Shown here: positions 12,548-25,193 of the stretch, in pieces | Layout of the letters: every line of letters starts with the position of its first letter | How positions within the stretch are numbered: the stretch's first letter is position 1 | Source of the DNA: Paraspadella gotoi | Taxonomy: Eukaryota > Animalia > Chaetognatha | Length of the DNA stretch: 64,000 nt | NCBI GenBank assembly: GCA_051294375.1 | Contig: CM119266.1 | Span: forward strand, 4,803,685-4,867,684 | Direction of reading: 5' to 3' | Program-made: the position numbers and the translations under genes | Notes under the pieces: generated by a model | Seen by the model: only the letters and a program-made list of their open reading frames with translations | What the model was told of the DNA's origin: nothing | The model's database searches: none

Positions 12548-13753
12548 TCACGAAGACACGCCTCCCCCACTCCTTGCCTCCCCGCCCACTTCATTCCTCC
12601 ATCTCCCCCCAAACCTCCATCCGGTCTCCTCGTCTATCGCCTCCCCCCCTCCCCCCTCCTCCTCCTCTTCCCTCTCCCTCGTCTCTCTCGCATCTCCTCG
12701 GTCTTCTCTCATCAACCGGCGCCGATTTTCCGGAATCTCTCTCCGTCAATGCGTCGTCCGGCTCTCTTCTCGGGTCGTCGACTTTTCGGGAGTCGTGGAC
12801 GAACGTCGAGTCGGTTGCTGCCGATTTTATCGCCTTTGTCCATCGATGCGAATCCGGATTGCGTCGGCGGTGTTTAGAGGAAGAGCTCCTTGACTTCTTA
12901 TCCTTTCGTCCGGTGGAGCTCGATGCTGGAGCAGCTTGGAGCGGGCGATGGGTCGACGGGAGACGCTGTAGAGACGGAGACACACCCACCTTTCGCCGGC
13001 CCGACCCCTCATCCGACCGCATCAAATTCCTCCGCCGCCCGGACGACGCCTCAGCCGCTGCCGAACGCGTCCCGTCGCCGCACGACCGCCCCCCACCCAC
13101 TCGCCGCTCGGCTTTGAAGGATCTCCGCGTCCCGGACTGGAACCGCTCGTCAATCACGCCAAAGTTATCGCCGAAGAGACTTGGAACTTCTCGAGTGGGG
13201 CCGATTCGTCGTCCTTCGTTCCGACGACGTCATAACCGCGCACTCAATTCTCTCCTCGGCGCCAGCGTCGCCGCCAAGATGGCGGAAGGAGGAGACGTTC
13301 CGACGCCTCTGCGTCGACGTCAGGAATTCGGCGCCGGCGTCGCGACGCGACTGGGAGGCGCGCCGGTCGAGACTGGACGACGGTCTTACGCAGGCCACGC
13401 CTTCGGTATGGCGCCGATGAACGCCGGTTTCGACAGAGCGGCGTTCGTGGAATCCCTCTATCGCGCCGGAAGACCACAGAGGAGTCTTCTTTTGTGAACG
13501 AATCGATTTCGAAGAGTTTTTTCCATCTCGCCGATAGGCGGATGAAGGAGAGAAACGAAACCGAAGATCGTGTCTTTCTTCGTCATCTAGACTTTTCTCA
13601 ACTCGATCGTCACCGCCGCAGTGGCGAAAGCGGGAGCTCGGCGTCGGCTGCGGCATTCGCTGCTTCGTGCCGACCGAATTTCGAGTTTGGAACGAAGTTA
13701 GGGAATATTTGGACGAGAGGCTGAGAGAAGAGAGAAGTGCGCAGGGGGTCAAG
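12548..13753 (+). CDS. Class C GPCR exon 2 (Venus-flytrap-like), inverted copy
   Basis: GC-rich 1.2-kb block. Fragments include LELLEWGRFVVLRSDD (compare mGluR ILRFFNWTYVSTVASE). The frame is broken by indels. Confidence 0.65.
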
Positions 13754-14469
13754 GTGGAGTTTAATGTAAAGGGAGGGTTGGTTATCTGACCTAATATTAT
13801 TATATGACCAAATATTTATTTGATAATTACAAATTACGCAATTAGTGGTAGAGTTGAGGCCAAGGCATCGTCTTTATACGTTGACGTTTATTTGAGTAAA
13901 TTTTGGAAACTTTCTTCAAAAAAGGCATATAATATATATAAGAAATAAAATCTAAACTCCACAATATGTAAATTAGAATTAAGTGTTTATCTTTTCTAAC
14001 CAAATCTATTACGATCCAGATAAAAAACAAATCATAGAACGTAATACATAACTCTTATAGAGTATAATATTTTTTTTATTTTTATCAATACTTTTTGGCC
14101 GATGAAAAACTGGAAAGTATAATCTGCTACATTTCTTTAAAATTCCAGACCAAACATTCCGAGAATTGCAACAACAAAGCTATCAATTCACAATAAACGA
14201 TTCCGAATACCGCGTTTCACCTTTAAAAATCAATTCAAGACGCTTTAATCTCATTTTTAACCCCCCCCCTCTCTAAACCCTCTCTTCAAGGTTTTATAGG
14301 TATTTTCTGATTCTTATTCCTTTTTCCAATAACCCCCCCCCCCTCCCCCCATTCCTGCCAACCCCCGCGTCCGCCTGAAACGCATTTCCCCCGATATTCC
14401 ATCATCGTCATGGCGAACATAATCGTTTGGCATCATCCATCCTTGTTGGTTCTTTTTTTTTTTTTTCAG

Positions 14470-14626
14470 GCGACAGGGAACGAGGCTAGCAGACGACGAA
14501 CGATGACAACAGCGGAGACGGTGGCACGACGGAATGTAAACAAAAGGCGCGGGAAAAAATTTGCGTCGGATCTTGGTTCACGGAGGAGAAAGAAGCCAAA
14601 ACGAGGAGGAAAGGTGATGGAGCAGA
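14470..14626 (+). CDS. Class C GPCR exon 3 candidate, inverted copy
   Basis: Long poly-T plus CAG acceptor; GTGAGT donor (alternative donor near 14614). Frame uncertain, e.g. TECKQKAREKICVGSWFTEE. Confidence 0.45.
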
Positions 14627-16327
14627 GTGAGTGAGGAGGGATGAGAGGGCTAGTTAAAAAAGACAAGGAGAAGAAAGTAAAATTGATTGCATTAAAAGCT
14701 GCAGGGTTTGCTATCTTTTGAAAAAAAAGCCCAGGTTTAAATAAAATTTTTAAAATCAGGAAACGGATATTGCGAATAATCTTACCCGATTTATTGAATA
14801 AGGAAAGCCTAGAACTAACTAGGCTTCGTTCGCGAATGAAAAAAAATAAATTAAAAAATGGAGACGTTAACCAAATAGAGTGTCAAAGTCAGGCAATGCG
14901 ATAACATATTATACTTGGGAGTGCCAATTTTATTATAAAAAGGAGGAAATGTTAAAGAAACAAAGCCAGAGGGCGCGAGGGTTAATTAAAAATCGAAAGG
15001 CGGACAAAAGAACAGTCAACGAAAAAGAAAACCTTTTAAGTTCGATCGAGGCTTTTTTTAAAAAAAAACTTCGGAGGATCAGACGAGAAGATTGGTCGTC
15101 CAGCGGAAGAGAGAGTAATGAATCGGAAAAGAGGGGAGAGAGCAGGGGGAGAGAGAGAGGGAAAAAAGGAGGGAGAGAGAGTGGAGAAAAGGAAAAAGAA
15201 GTATAAGGGAAGGGAGAGAGAGGGAGGAGAAGAACGAGCGATAATGATGATAAGAACACGAAAACAAAGACTTTGTCAAGACCGACAGAATTAATTCGAC
15301 ATCTTTTTTACTGCTAAATTGACATGGAAACTGCCTCTTCTCTCTTTTGCACAGACACACACCATCACACACTCACTCGCTCTCTCTCTCTCTCTCCTCT
15401 CCTCTCTCTCTTCTCTCTGCTGCTCTCTCTCTCTTCTCTAAATTTTGTATTTGAAGTACAGATCGGAACCAGTAAAGAAGAGAGTCAAGGAGGTCGATTT
15501 TAAAAACGTAGGGCCAAACTAAGGTTCGAGTTTAAAATTATGAAAAAAAAAAGTTTAATTCTGAATTCAATTCTGGTATATTATTTTATATGTATAAGTT
15601 CTTAGAATAGAAATAAACAGAATAAATTTAAAATGGATAGAGGAGGGAGTTGCAAAGCAAAGCTCACGAATCCTTAAATTGTACCCCCTCGGCAAAAATG
15701 AAGAAGGCAAGTTCCCATTTCGACCCAAAAAGGGTCACAGGCTAGGGTCCGCGCGTCAGTGATATAGGTGCAGGTTCAGGCTCAAGATCAGGGTCAGGTA
15801 CGAGAATCTAACCATAAATCGTTGACGGAACTCCTAGAGAGCGAGAGAGAGCGACCCCCTCCCCTCCTCCCGTCCGAGAGTCCGCGACTCCTAAAAACCA
15901 TTTAACTAAAAGCATTTATTACGTTTGCGTTTATTAATTATTATCATTAATAATATTATTATTATTTATCAACTGTCCCAAGTTAGGAACCGAAATAAAT
16001 TTACTTTAGTCACTTAAATTCATAAATGTCAGCCTACTTGTTTTCGATGCGACGAGATTGTTTTCCGCAGATCTATGTTTTGGAAAAATTTGGGGTCTCT
16101 TTTAACCAAATAAAAATAATATATATTAAAAGAAAAACCTAGTACTTTTGTTATTACTATGCAATATCTTGTAACCGGAATAAAGGCCTTAAAATCACGA
16201 AGGCCAGTCAGGAAACAAGAAAAGCTTGTATAGCTTACAGCCTAGCTAGTTGATGAATATTTTTTAATTAATTTTAATCAATATATAAATTAATTCCAAC
16301 CTTTCATTAACTTTCACATGCCTACAG

Positions 16328-16546
16328 TTCTCCCGAGTCTCTACAAAGTCGACTGACGATCCACTCGATGATCGATCCCAACGTCGCCCTCACGCTCGAA
16401 AACGTGGAGGCGGAGATCGAGAGGCTCTGGAGGCGGTCGGACGCGACCTGCGAAGCGGAGCGTCCCGACGACGAGTTGGTAGGCGGAGGAAGCTGAAACG
16501 ACTCGTCCCGAAGTTGAAGTTGAATACGCGGATTTCGAAGTCTCCG
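16328..16546 (+). CDS. Class C GPCR exon 4, inverted copy
   Basis: TACAG acceptor; IDPNVALTLENVEAEIERLWRRSDATC. The donor is corrupted here but intact in the copy at 44826. Confidence 0.6.
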
Positions 16547-17170
16547 CGGAGAGTGGGATGATTGTATGATGATGATAGATAATTATGATGATAAGAATGA
16601 TGATATTGATTGAGGATGATAGATGATTGGTGATAAATCATCAGTATCTTTACGATCGGTCTGCGCTACGTCCCACGTTACGCACCGGGCAAGAATTCAC
16701 AACTTACTTACGGAGTTTAACCTAATCTTCTCTCTCTTCTTTCTCTCTCGCTCTCTTCTTCTCACTTGAGACGTTTGCATTGCTTCCCTAGGCCCGAGGT
16801 CATGTTTCTTTCCAATTCATTATCTCTTTCCTATTCTTTATCCAAAGTGGTCATTAAGATTTTGTAAAAATAAAGCATAGTAACTCGATCACTGCCACAA
16901 AGTTGTGCCAACGCACAAATGCACAATGTGCATGAAAACCTCAAAACCTCAAAATAAGATAAAGTGTCTTGCCAAAAACAAACTAATGGACTCGTTCGCC
17001 GCGGTTGAGTCGAGGTAAGCGAGTTAAGGTAATGAGCGAGAAAAGCGGAGAAAAGAGGATAGAGGAGAGAGAGAGATGAGAATAAGAGTCACGAGGCGAT
17101 TGAATTGAGAATTAACGATCGGCCGCCAAAGCTTTGATTTAGATTAAGCCTTAATGGTGGAAAAGAGAGA

Positions 17171-17201
<31 letters not shown>

Positions 17202-18854
17202 GCACATGAGCAAAGAAAAACACGGAGGCTGCCAAGGCGTTAGAATAAATTAAAGGTAATGGTTTAAGGCGGAAAAGGGGCGAACTGGAAAGGTAAGCTG
17301 CTTGTAACGCGTAAAAGGCTTGGGCCAAATATGGAAAGGGAGGGACTAAGACAAATAGAAAAGATAGTAAGTTATTAATTGCAAATATAAAAAAGTATTG
17401 TGCAATGATAGAAAGGAAGAAATAAATTGAAAAATTTAATGGGCAAAGATAGAAAAACTAACTGGCACTAGATAAAGGTAGTAAGGTGAGAAGGACAGAC
17501 TGACAAGACGATCAGGGGCAGGGAGATAAAAGCGTTAAAGGGAAACTGTGGCGACCGTTGGATTTAAGTATTCAAGGCTGGAACGGCGTTTGGCACCTTG
17601 GAAGGAAAAAAAAGGAGGGCCGAAACGTCTTTGGCACAAGACGAATGATATGAAGAGATGAAAGGGAAAAAGATATTGAACAAGATCCATCCAATGTGTT
17701 GCGCCGCAGTGACTTTCTTAGCCCGATGTATTTATAACACGCAACATCGGAATTCCGTCTTTTATTCTTTATAGTTTAGGCATTTCCTGAAGGCGGCGCT
17801 AGCAGTCACTTAGATTTGAGGTTTTTTTTTCTTGTCTTGGACAAATGAGCAACTATAAACGAATTTAAGTGTATTTTTAACGTAAGTTGGACAGACCGAC
17901 GGATCGACACGACAGACCGACCGAAAAAGGCGATCGATTGATCCGTGAATACTCGCGGGCGAAACTAAAAATGTTTGAGATCGAGAGGACTAAAGATTGG
18001 ATTGAAGACGGCATGAGGAGAAACAGATGATGAGAGATGAGAGTCAAAGAAAAAGATGAAAAAGAGAAATACGCGTTCTTGTTTTCCTTCAATGTCGCTG
18101 GATGTTTGATGATTTTAAAAATTAAAATATAACTCTTGCAACATTTCTTCAAAGAAATATATTTTTATTTTTAAGTATTTTTTTTTCCTTATTTTTTCCC
18201 TTTTCAATTTTTTTCTTTTTACTTTCTTTCCTCACTTTTCTTTCCAACCCTCTAAAATTGTTCCCTTCTTTCTTCCTTTGATTCTTTCCTTTATCATCTT
18301 CCTTTCTACTTTCTTTCTGGCATTATTACTTTTTTGCGATCTTTTGTATCTTGCCCTTCCCTTTAATCCTTCCCTTCCTTTTTTGTCACCCTACCTTTCC
18401 CTTCCTTTCCTTTCCTCCTTTCCTTTCCCCTTTTCTCCCCCCCACGCGACATTGGCCTCAGATGATTTTTAATTGGCGAAAGAAGGAAATGATATCGAGC
18501 GTCGAGTTCGAGCGAAAAAGAAGAAGAAAAAGTGTCATTGACAAATGAAGACAAGAGATGCGATGAATGTGACAGAAAAGAAGCGATGAAAAGTGACAGA
18601 AAAGCGAATATGATTGACAGAAAAGATGCGAGGAAATTAATAAAGGAGAGTGAAAATGATAAAGAGTATGACAGAGAATGATAAAAGTGACAATGAATGA
18701 CGATGAACGGGTGAACCGTGAAAGAGAGACGAGAAATTAAAGTAAAGAAGATATCAAAGAATATTAAAGTAGGAATTTAATGAACAATTTTAAAAGAATG
18801 ATAAACTGAAATGTCGAAAGAGTAGTAAAGTTAGAGAAGTAGGTAATAAAGTAA

Positions 18855-19105
18855 TTGTAGGGATTTAATAACGTAATGTAGGGATTAATAAATTAATGAA
18901 GGGATTAATAATGTAGTTAATATGATATAAATTATTGTAGGGTATTAATAAATTAATGAAGGGATTAATAGTAAAGTAAATTATTGTAGGGATTAATAAA
19001 TTAATGAAGGGATTAATAAAGTTAATGTAGGGATTAATAAATTATTTGTAGGGAATAATAAATTAATATGAATGGATTTATAAAGTAATGTAGGGATTAA
19101 TAAGG
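18855..19105. repeat. AT-rich ~20-bp minisatellite (inverted copy at ~42293-42540)
   Basis: Repeats of tagggattaataaattaatgaagggattaataaagtaatg. Confidence 0.9.
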
Positions 19106-19224
19106 AAATGTACTGAATTGACAAAGAAAGTAAAGAAAAAATAATTAGTTAAAAAAGTTAAAATAGCATCTGACTAAATTGAAAAAAAGGTATCATCAAC
19201 TTCATCAACCTCACCAAAACGAAA

Positions 19225-19306
19225 CTTCAGACCTTCAGACCTTCAGCCTTCAACCTCAGGACTTCCAAACCTGCAGACCTTCAAACCTGCAGACCTTCAA
19301 ACCTTC
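19225..19306. repeat. 8/16-bp tandem repeat (inverted copy at ~42090-42175)
   Basis: Units cagacctt and aaacctgcagaccttc. Confidence 0.8.
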
Positions 19307-19811
19307 GCGGGTCCAAAAAGTCAAATCGATATTTCGATCCTCAAAGTGAATAAAAAAAAAGAATTGTGAATCGATTTCCGATGTGAATTCGTTAGAGACG
19401 AGATGAGCGGAGAGAGAGAGAGAGAGAAACCTTTCACGGCCTCACGCGCTGGAAGTATCTCTCTCTCTCTCCTCACTCTCTCTCTCCCCCTCTCTCACCC
19501 CCACGCCAAAAAAAGTGATTAATGCGTGAGCGGTAGTTGGATATATTGCATTTCGCGAAAGTCTTCGCTTCCCCCTCTCACATTCGCACGCAACGACCGC
19601 GTGATGAAAAATGATCTACAATTTTTTCACCCCGCCCCCTTCTAGACCCCCAGCCCCTTTTCTGAACCCCCTTCCTTATCCCCCTCCACCTCCATAACAC
19701 CATTAACGCTTTTTCTTCCAAGTCTTTGACGATAGTGAGAGAGAGACAGAGATGGGAGATAGAGTGAGAGAGATTTCGACTCCTTTTGCGTCTTCTCTCT
19801 CTGTTGTGCTC

Positions 19812-19854
<43 letters not shown>

Positions 19855-19864
19855 AAAAACCCAG

Positions 19865-20126
19865 TCTCCTCCGCTTCGCGTTACCAAGGGCAACGCGTAT
19901 GCAACAGCGTCGTTAACCGTCGTCCGTCTCAATATCTTATCCTGCTTCTCCTTCTCCGCCGCTGCCGCCCGCCGCAGGTCACCGCCTCTGCAGCGCGCGT
20001 TTCCACGAGAGGGGCGCCGCCGACGCCGAGGATGCGACGCCCGCGACGGCGGCGTCGTCGTCGGCCAGAGTCGACGCCTTCTCTTTGATGCAATGAAGGA
20101 ACGACGACGACGACAACACAACACAG
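19865..20126 (+). CDS. Class C GPCR exon 5, inverted copy
   Basis: CCCAG acceptor and CAG|GTATTT donor. Consensus with 41275-41534 reads RYQGNAYATASLTVVRLNILSCFSP...RLCSAAF. Confidence 0.65.
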
Positions 20127-20172
20127 GTATTTATTAGGATGAATAACCTTGATACAGGATCGATCGGTTTCT

Positions 20173-20710
20173 TATTAAATTCGTACAAACCATTACAAAA
20201 ATTATCCATCATTTAATAAATAAACTATCTTGCCCCCGACTTGAACAGGCTTCGGGTTTAAAGGCCTAATTGATAATGACATAGCTGGTCCCTGCAATCT
20301 TTCAATCAAGACTCACACACAGTCTCGTTTATTTCACCCCCAGAGTACTGGCTTCCCTATCAAGGGAAAGCGGCATAATATTTCAAAATACGAGCAGTTT
20401 ACTAGTTCACTAGACATCAATCTAAGTGATCGAAGGCCGATCTCCAAAAAAGGTAAAAGTAACATAAAACTCGGGAAGAATCTATTAAAATCTATTATAA
20501 TTCTGACAGTTCATTTGATAGGGAAGCCAGGTGCTCTGGAATGCAAAACTAGACAGAGTTAGTCTTGATTTTAAGCTTGTAAGCTTGTAAGAGTGATGGA
20601 GCCTTAGACCGCCATCGCCGTTCAAAAGTCAGGGAGAAAGGAAAGATTATTCATTAAATTAATAGATAACTTTTCATATGGGGTTGTATCGATTTCATAA
20701 ATTTAATAAA
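20173..20710. mobile_element. Palindromic MITE/foldback-like element filling an intron (inverted copy at ~40685-41230)
   Basis: Imperfect ~190-bp arms with a perfect 16-bp inverted repeat, ctggcttccctatcaa (20348-20363) and ttgatagggaagccag (20515-20530). Diverged relatives at 56918-57002 and 63625-63905. Confidence 0.7.
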
Positions 20711-20754
20711 TATAAGTTTATTATAAGTTTTTAAGGATTGTATTCTCAACGCAG

Positions 20755-20884
20755 GCGTCGTATTGAAGAAGGTGGAAGAATGGAAGGTTCAGACCGGAAC
20801 GTTCCTTGTCTTCATCATCTCAAACGAGATCGGAAAGGGTTTGGACCTGGAGTCTTTACCCGCGCGTGTCCTGTCCCGGAGAGG
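20755..20884 (+). CDS. Class C GPCR exon 6, inverted copy
   Basis: CGCAG acceptor and GTAAGA donor: VVLKKVEEWKVQTGTFLVFIISNEIGKGLDLESLPA. Confidence 0.7.
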
Positions 20885-21644
20885 GTAAGATGGAGAGGGG
20901 CAGGGAGAGAGGAGAGAAAAAGAATGGGAAGAAAAAAAGAGGAGAGGGATGTAAGACAGGAGAGAGAGAGGAAATAAGAAGGGGAAGAGAGAGAGGAAGA
21001 GGAAGAGAGAGAGATCTCCAAATCGACTTTTTTTTTCTTTTTCTTCTTTTTTCACTCCTCGCCCGATTTCCCATTTGATTTTTCCAGTTAAATCTCTCGT
21101 TTTAATTTAACTTTCGGTTCGTCGAACTGTGAAGTTTTTTTTTTCTTTCTGGAAGAAGAAGAAGATTTCTTCTTGGGCGGATGAGATCTGGGCTTTGGTT
21201 TATCTCTCTCTCCTCTCTCTCTCTCTCTCTCTTTTGTGGAGATTTTAATCTCGACTTAAATTGCATTTTTCTTATAAATTTTTCTGCAACGATTTTTTTT
21301 CCACCTGAAATTATTAATCCTTTTTTCCTTTTCGTTTGTCCCCAACGTCTTCTTAACTTCTCCCCCCCCCGCCGCCCCCCCCCATCTATTTTATCAACAT
21401 TTCTCTCCTTTTTTTCTTTCTCAACATTTTTCCCTATTTTATCTTGACTCCAGGTATCTATTTCTCTCCTTTTCCTTTTTTTTCTCTTTTCTTTTTTTTT
21501 CAAAAATGTTTTTCTTTTCTTTTCTCCAAATTGTTTTTTGTTTTCCTTCTTCCCTTTTTCTTCCAATTTAAATTTTATTAAGAGGAAAAACAAATTGTTT
21601 CCTCTGTTAATCTGAAACCCCGAAACTCAACCGAAACCAACTCT

Positions 21645-21800
21645 GCTTTATTTCCAGAACGCCCCATATTATCTTAAATTAAATTAAAATTAAAAGTAGA
21701 AAGTTATGGTTAAGAATTTGAGTTAGGGACTGCAATTTAGGGTAGAATTCAGGATAGAGTTCGGGCTAAGGTTAGAGATTAGGGTTAATGATTGCTTTAA
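21645..21800. mobile_element. Small dispersed repeat with degenerate TTAGGG-like core
   Basis: End motif tatttccagaacgccccatattatcttaaatt is shared (reverse complement) with 56440-56480 and is followed by ttaggg/ggttag-like hexamers. Confidence 0.5.
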
Positions 21801-21926
21801 AAGTTTAAAAATATAATTAAGTTAAATATTAAAATTAAATTCCGGAAAACGAACAAAATAAGGGCCACCTCGAAAAATAGAATCAAAACTCATCCTAAAA
21901 TTTCCGAACCCCTTTTTTCACCCCAG

Positions 21927-22023
21927 ATCGGCAACAATAGAAGACGCTCTGGCAAAAGTTTGAACCTCACCGTGGAAGTAGGGAGAAGGAGAACGAGGGT
22001 CATGTCTCGAGAAACTCTGCTTG
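21927..22023 (+). CDS. Class C GPCR exon 7 (linker), inverted copy
   Basis: CCCCAG acceptor and GTAAGT donor. 97 bp, phase 0-1: IGNNRRRSGKSLNLTVEVG...RVMSRETLL. Confidence 0.7.
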
Positions 22024-23124
22024 GTAAGTTAATACATCTGCGCCAAGATTGAGGAGTGAGTTAAGATTAGCGCCAAAGATTATAGGGTAATGTTTTGTAA
22101 AACCCTTAATTCTTTTACGTTTTATGAACAAATTGTATTTTCTACGTCGTGAATTCAATTAAACAAACAAAAGAAATTAATGACCCGAGAAAATGAAAAC
22201 CGGGAGAGAGTCCTCTACTGGAAAGAAAGTCATCAAAACGACCAAACAAATGAACACAGGGTGTGGCAGATGTCGATGCTCTTTTTTTCCCACGATTCTC
22301 CCCTTCTCACCTTCTTTATGATGCGCAAACAGGGCGAATATTATGAGGCGCCATCTTTCATTTTATTCGCCGACTCGCGTCTGTTTTGCTTTATCACATT
22401 TTAGAATTGGATTATTTAGATTTTTATTTCACACGATTTGAGATTTATTCTCTTAGCGTCTTGGAGGTCGTTTTTAATGGGTTCGCTCTGTAAATCTACA
22501 GCGAGCTTTGTTTAGTTACTCGAAATATAATGTCTTATTGCCTTTACTCTTTAAGAACGGATTACGTAGTCGGATAGTTCTATGAAGGCTTTTTTTCTTT
22601 TCTATTGTAGGATGGAATATGTCTTGGGAATGCTATTTTCTTTGCTTTCTTTTCTTTTCTTGATGCTAGTTTCTTATCCTTTATTTCTGCTACTATCTTC
22701 TCTTTTCTTCTCTTCCTTCCCTTTTTCTTTTCTTTTCACTTTTCTGTTCAATTCCAAAATTCTTCTCCAAAATTTTCATTTCTTTTTCTCTTTTCAATAA
22801 GAAAATGAAAAAGACAAAAGGAACATCGACTCGGCGCCGTGAAGGAAAACCCATTGAGGGTATCAGCTGTGTTTGAACACGAGAAAAAGTCATGAGACAG
22901 AGAGAGATCGGAGAGAGGGAGTGCGTGAGAGAGAGGAAGAGCGAAAGAGAGCACTGAAAAGGGGGAGAGAGAGAGAGAGAGGGGAGAATGGCACAAATAA
23001 AGAGAGCGAGAGAGAACAGGTCAGGGAAAGACGAGTGTGAGAGCGAGACAACGAGCAAGAGAGCGAGAGAGAATTTGGGGGGAAAATAAATTGAAACGAG
23101 GAAATTAGACGTGAGAAAGAAAAC

Positions 23125-23158
<34 letters not shown>

Positions 23159-23500
23159 AAACATCCGCCAGAGAAACAGACAGAACGTCCGCCAGGGGGT
23201 AACTGACGCGACGATTGTTGTCATCTCGCCAGAGGGGTTTCCCTCCGGTCTTGCCGCCTCGATCCATTGAGGCCACTAAAAAACAAAAGGGAAACACGAG
23301 AGGAGAAACCCCAGAGAGAGAGAACGGACCGTTGGCCTTTCTAATTACCATATTCTGTCTCTGTCTCTCTCTCTCTCTCTTGCGTGTCTCTCTCTCTCTC
23401 CCTCCTTTCTCCCATTTCGGCCTTAACACCCTCGCTTAAGCAAATATTCTTAGCCGTCTTTTATTCCTCTGCCAATGGCGCGGAGAAATTCATTAGATTG

Positions 23501-23531
<31 letters not shown>

Positions 23532-23536
23532 AATCA

Positions 23537-23580
<44 letters not shown>

Positions 23581-23959
23581 AAAAAAAATGAGGATGGAAA
23601 AAGAGAGAAAATGAAATGTAATTTTTGAGTGCGAAAAGATGAGCGGTCGTGCGGGGAAGATGGAAGTAGGGGGGGCGCTTATTAAAGGGAATGGATTATG
23701 TAGAGGGCGCTCGTGTGAGAAATATATTAGCAGAGGCTCGATTGGCAGTGCGCTTTTATGTGGAAAGAAGAAAATGACCACTTCAAAAAGGGACATGGAA
23801 TCTGGAAACCATGTGTCCATGCTATCGAGAAAGCAAAGACGGGAAGAGCGCCTAAATATGGTTTGGGATAATCGAGAAGAATTTAAATCTAAAATGGTTT
23901 TATTAAAAATCCGGAATAAATACATTAGGTGTAGATTCATTTTGGAAAGGGAATTTTAG

Positions 23960-24162
23960 GGTGCTATTTTCAAAAGCGGATTATTTTCGTTCTTTAATCG
24001 CCTAAAATTTAATTTTAAAGTTAATATCAAGCATTATCATTTCACCAAATCTTTAACTTAATCCCTTACCCAAGTCTTAACCATCTTAATCCCGTTAAAC
24101 TTAAAAAACTTATTTAATTTTGAATTCAAAACCTGAAATTGAGGCGCTTTTGGAAAATATGG
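23960..24162. mobile_element. ~200-bp element with 14-15-bp inverted repeats (copy at ~37223-37430)
   Basis: tattttcaaaagcg (23965-23978) and cgcttttggaaaata (24145-24159) flank a taac/taatcc-rich core. The same end motif occurs at 55907. Confidence 0.5.
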
Positions 24163-24312
24163 CCAATTTTAGTCTCGCACCACAAAAAAAAAAAGGGGGG
24201 CAGACTTTACTTCCAACTCAATTACAGATAATCAACTCGTTAAAAACGACCGCCATTTTTCTTTCCCCGCTTCACCCCCCCTGGACCCCCCCACCTTTCC
24301 GTTCTCTTTCAG

Positions 24313-24476
24313 ACCGCGTGGCCAATCAACTGGTCAAAACGACTCCACCTCTCTGGGGACACCAATCTTCCTCTTCCTTACCCCGGAACGGAAGGAGCTT
24401 ACATCGGACCAACATTGGTCCACCGTCGTTTTAACCTTATCTGTTCTGGGCACGCTGGTCACACTCGTCTTTTTGG
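24313..24476 (+). CDS. Class C GPCR TM1 exon, inverted copy with indels
   Basis: TTTCAG acceptor and GTAAGT donor; ends HWSTVVLTLSVLGTLVTLVFL. Confidence 0.75.
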
Positions 24477-24525
24477 GTAAGTAATGGGAGAAAGGATTTT
24501 TTTTTTTGGAAGGAGAGAGGGAGAA

Positions 24526-24563
<38 letters not shown>

Positions 24564-24639
24564 GATTACGTTTTTAGGGGAGAGAGGACGAGAGAGAAGG
24601 GATGAGAGAGGGAAAATATGAAGGAGGGGAAGAAAAGGC

Positions 24640-24930
24640 AGGTATTAAAAGGAATAGGAAAAGGGAGGTATTAAAGGGAAATAGGAGAAAGGGAGGAATT
24701 GAAGGGAGATAGGAAAAGAGAGGAATTGAGAGGAATAGGAGAAAAGGGAGGTATTAGAGAGGGAGATAGGACAAGAGAGGAATTGAGAGGAGAGAGAGGA
24801 AAAGGAGGGTATTAAGAGGGAGATAGGAAAAGGGAGAATTGAGAGGGAGATAGGAAAAGGGAGGTATTAGAGGGAAATAGGAAAGGGAGGATGAGAGGGA
24901 GATAGAAAAGGAGGTATAGAGGTAAGTAGG
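24640..24930. repeat. Purine-rich ~26-28-bp minisatellite (reverse-complement copies at ~30600-30830 and ~36450-36760)
   Basis: Units gagggagataggaaaagggaggtatta / gaggaattgaga. Confidence 0.85.
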
Positions 24931-25168
24931 AAAAGAGAGAATGGGGAAAGGAATGTAATAGAGAATAAGAGAGAAATATGAAGAGGGAAAAGAGAGTCGG
25001 CAGAGATAGGAAAAACACTTGTCTTAATGGAAGGAGAAAAGAAATGAATGGACTAGTTTTCTTTGAGCTGCAAATAACGAGCAAAGAAGAAGAACTAAAC
25101 GGTGTCTATCTCTCTCTCTCCCTCCTCTCTTTCACTTTCTCTCTCTCTCTATCTCTCTTTCACTCTTC

Positions 25169-25193
25169 NNNNNNNNNNNNNNNNNNNNNNNNN
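25169..25193. other. Assembly gap, 25 N
   Basis: Other 25-N gaps at 30764-30788, 31170-31194 and 46799-46823; an 81-N gap at 58016-58096. Confidence 0.99.

Larger units (their letters stand above)
8930..25168. repeat. Inverted copy of block C (reverse complement of 36212-55214, without its internal duplication)
   Basis: Colinear reverse-complement match throughout. For example 8930-8965 matches 55180-55214, and 25141-25168 matches 36212-36240. Confidence 0.97.

Noticed and set aside
21715-21790. Interstitial telomere
   Set aside because: Only degenerate hexamers inside a dispersed repeat, with no pure (TTAGGG)n array.
16328-22023. Separate plus-strand gene with DAG/ceramide-kinase-like hints (GGGD, EEW...GTF)
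   Set aside because: These exons are the inverted copy of the GPCR ectodomain, fit VFT motif order and splice into TM1. No real GGDG motif is present.
23160-23276. GC-richer patch with an acceptor antisense to the GPCR (copy at ~38103-38215)
   Set aside because: No clear donor or recognisable product, and exons 7 and 8 already join in phase without it.
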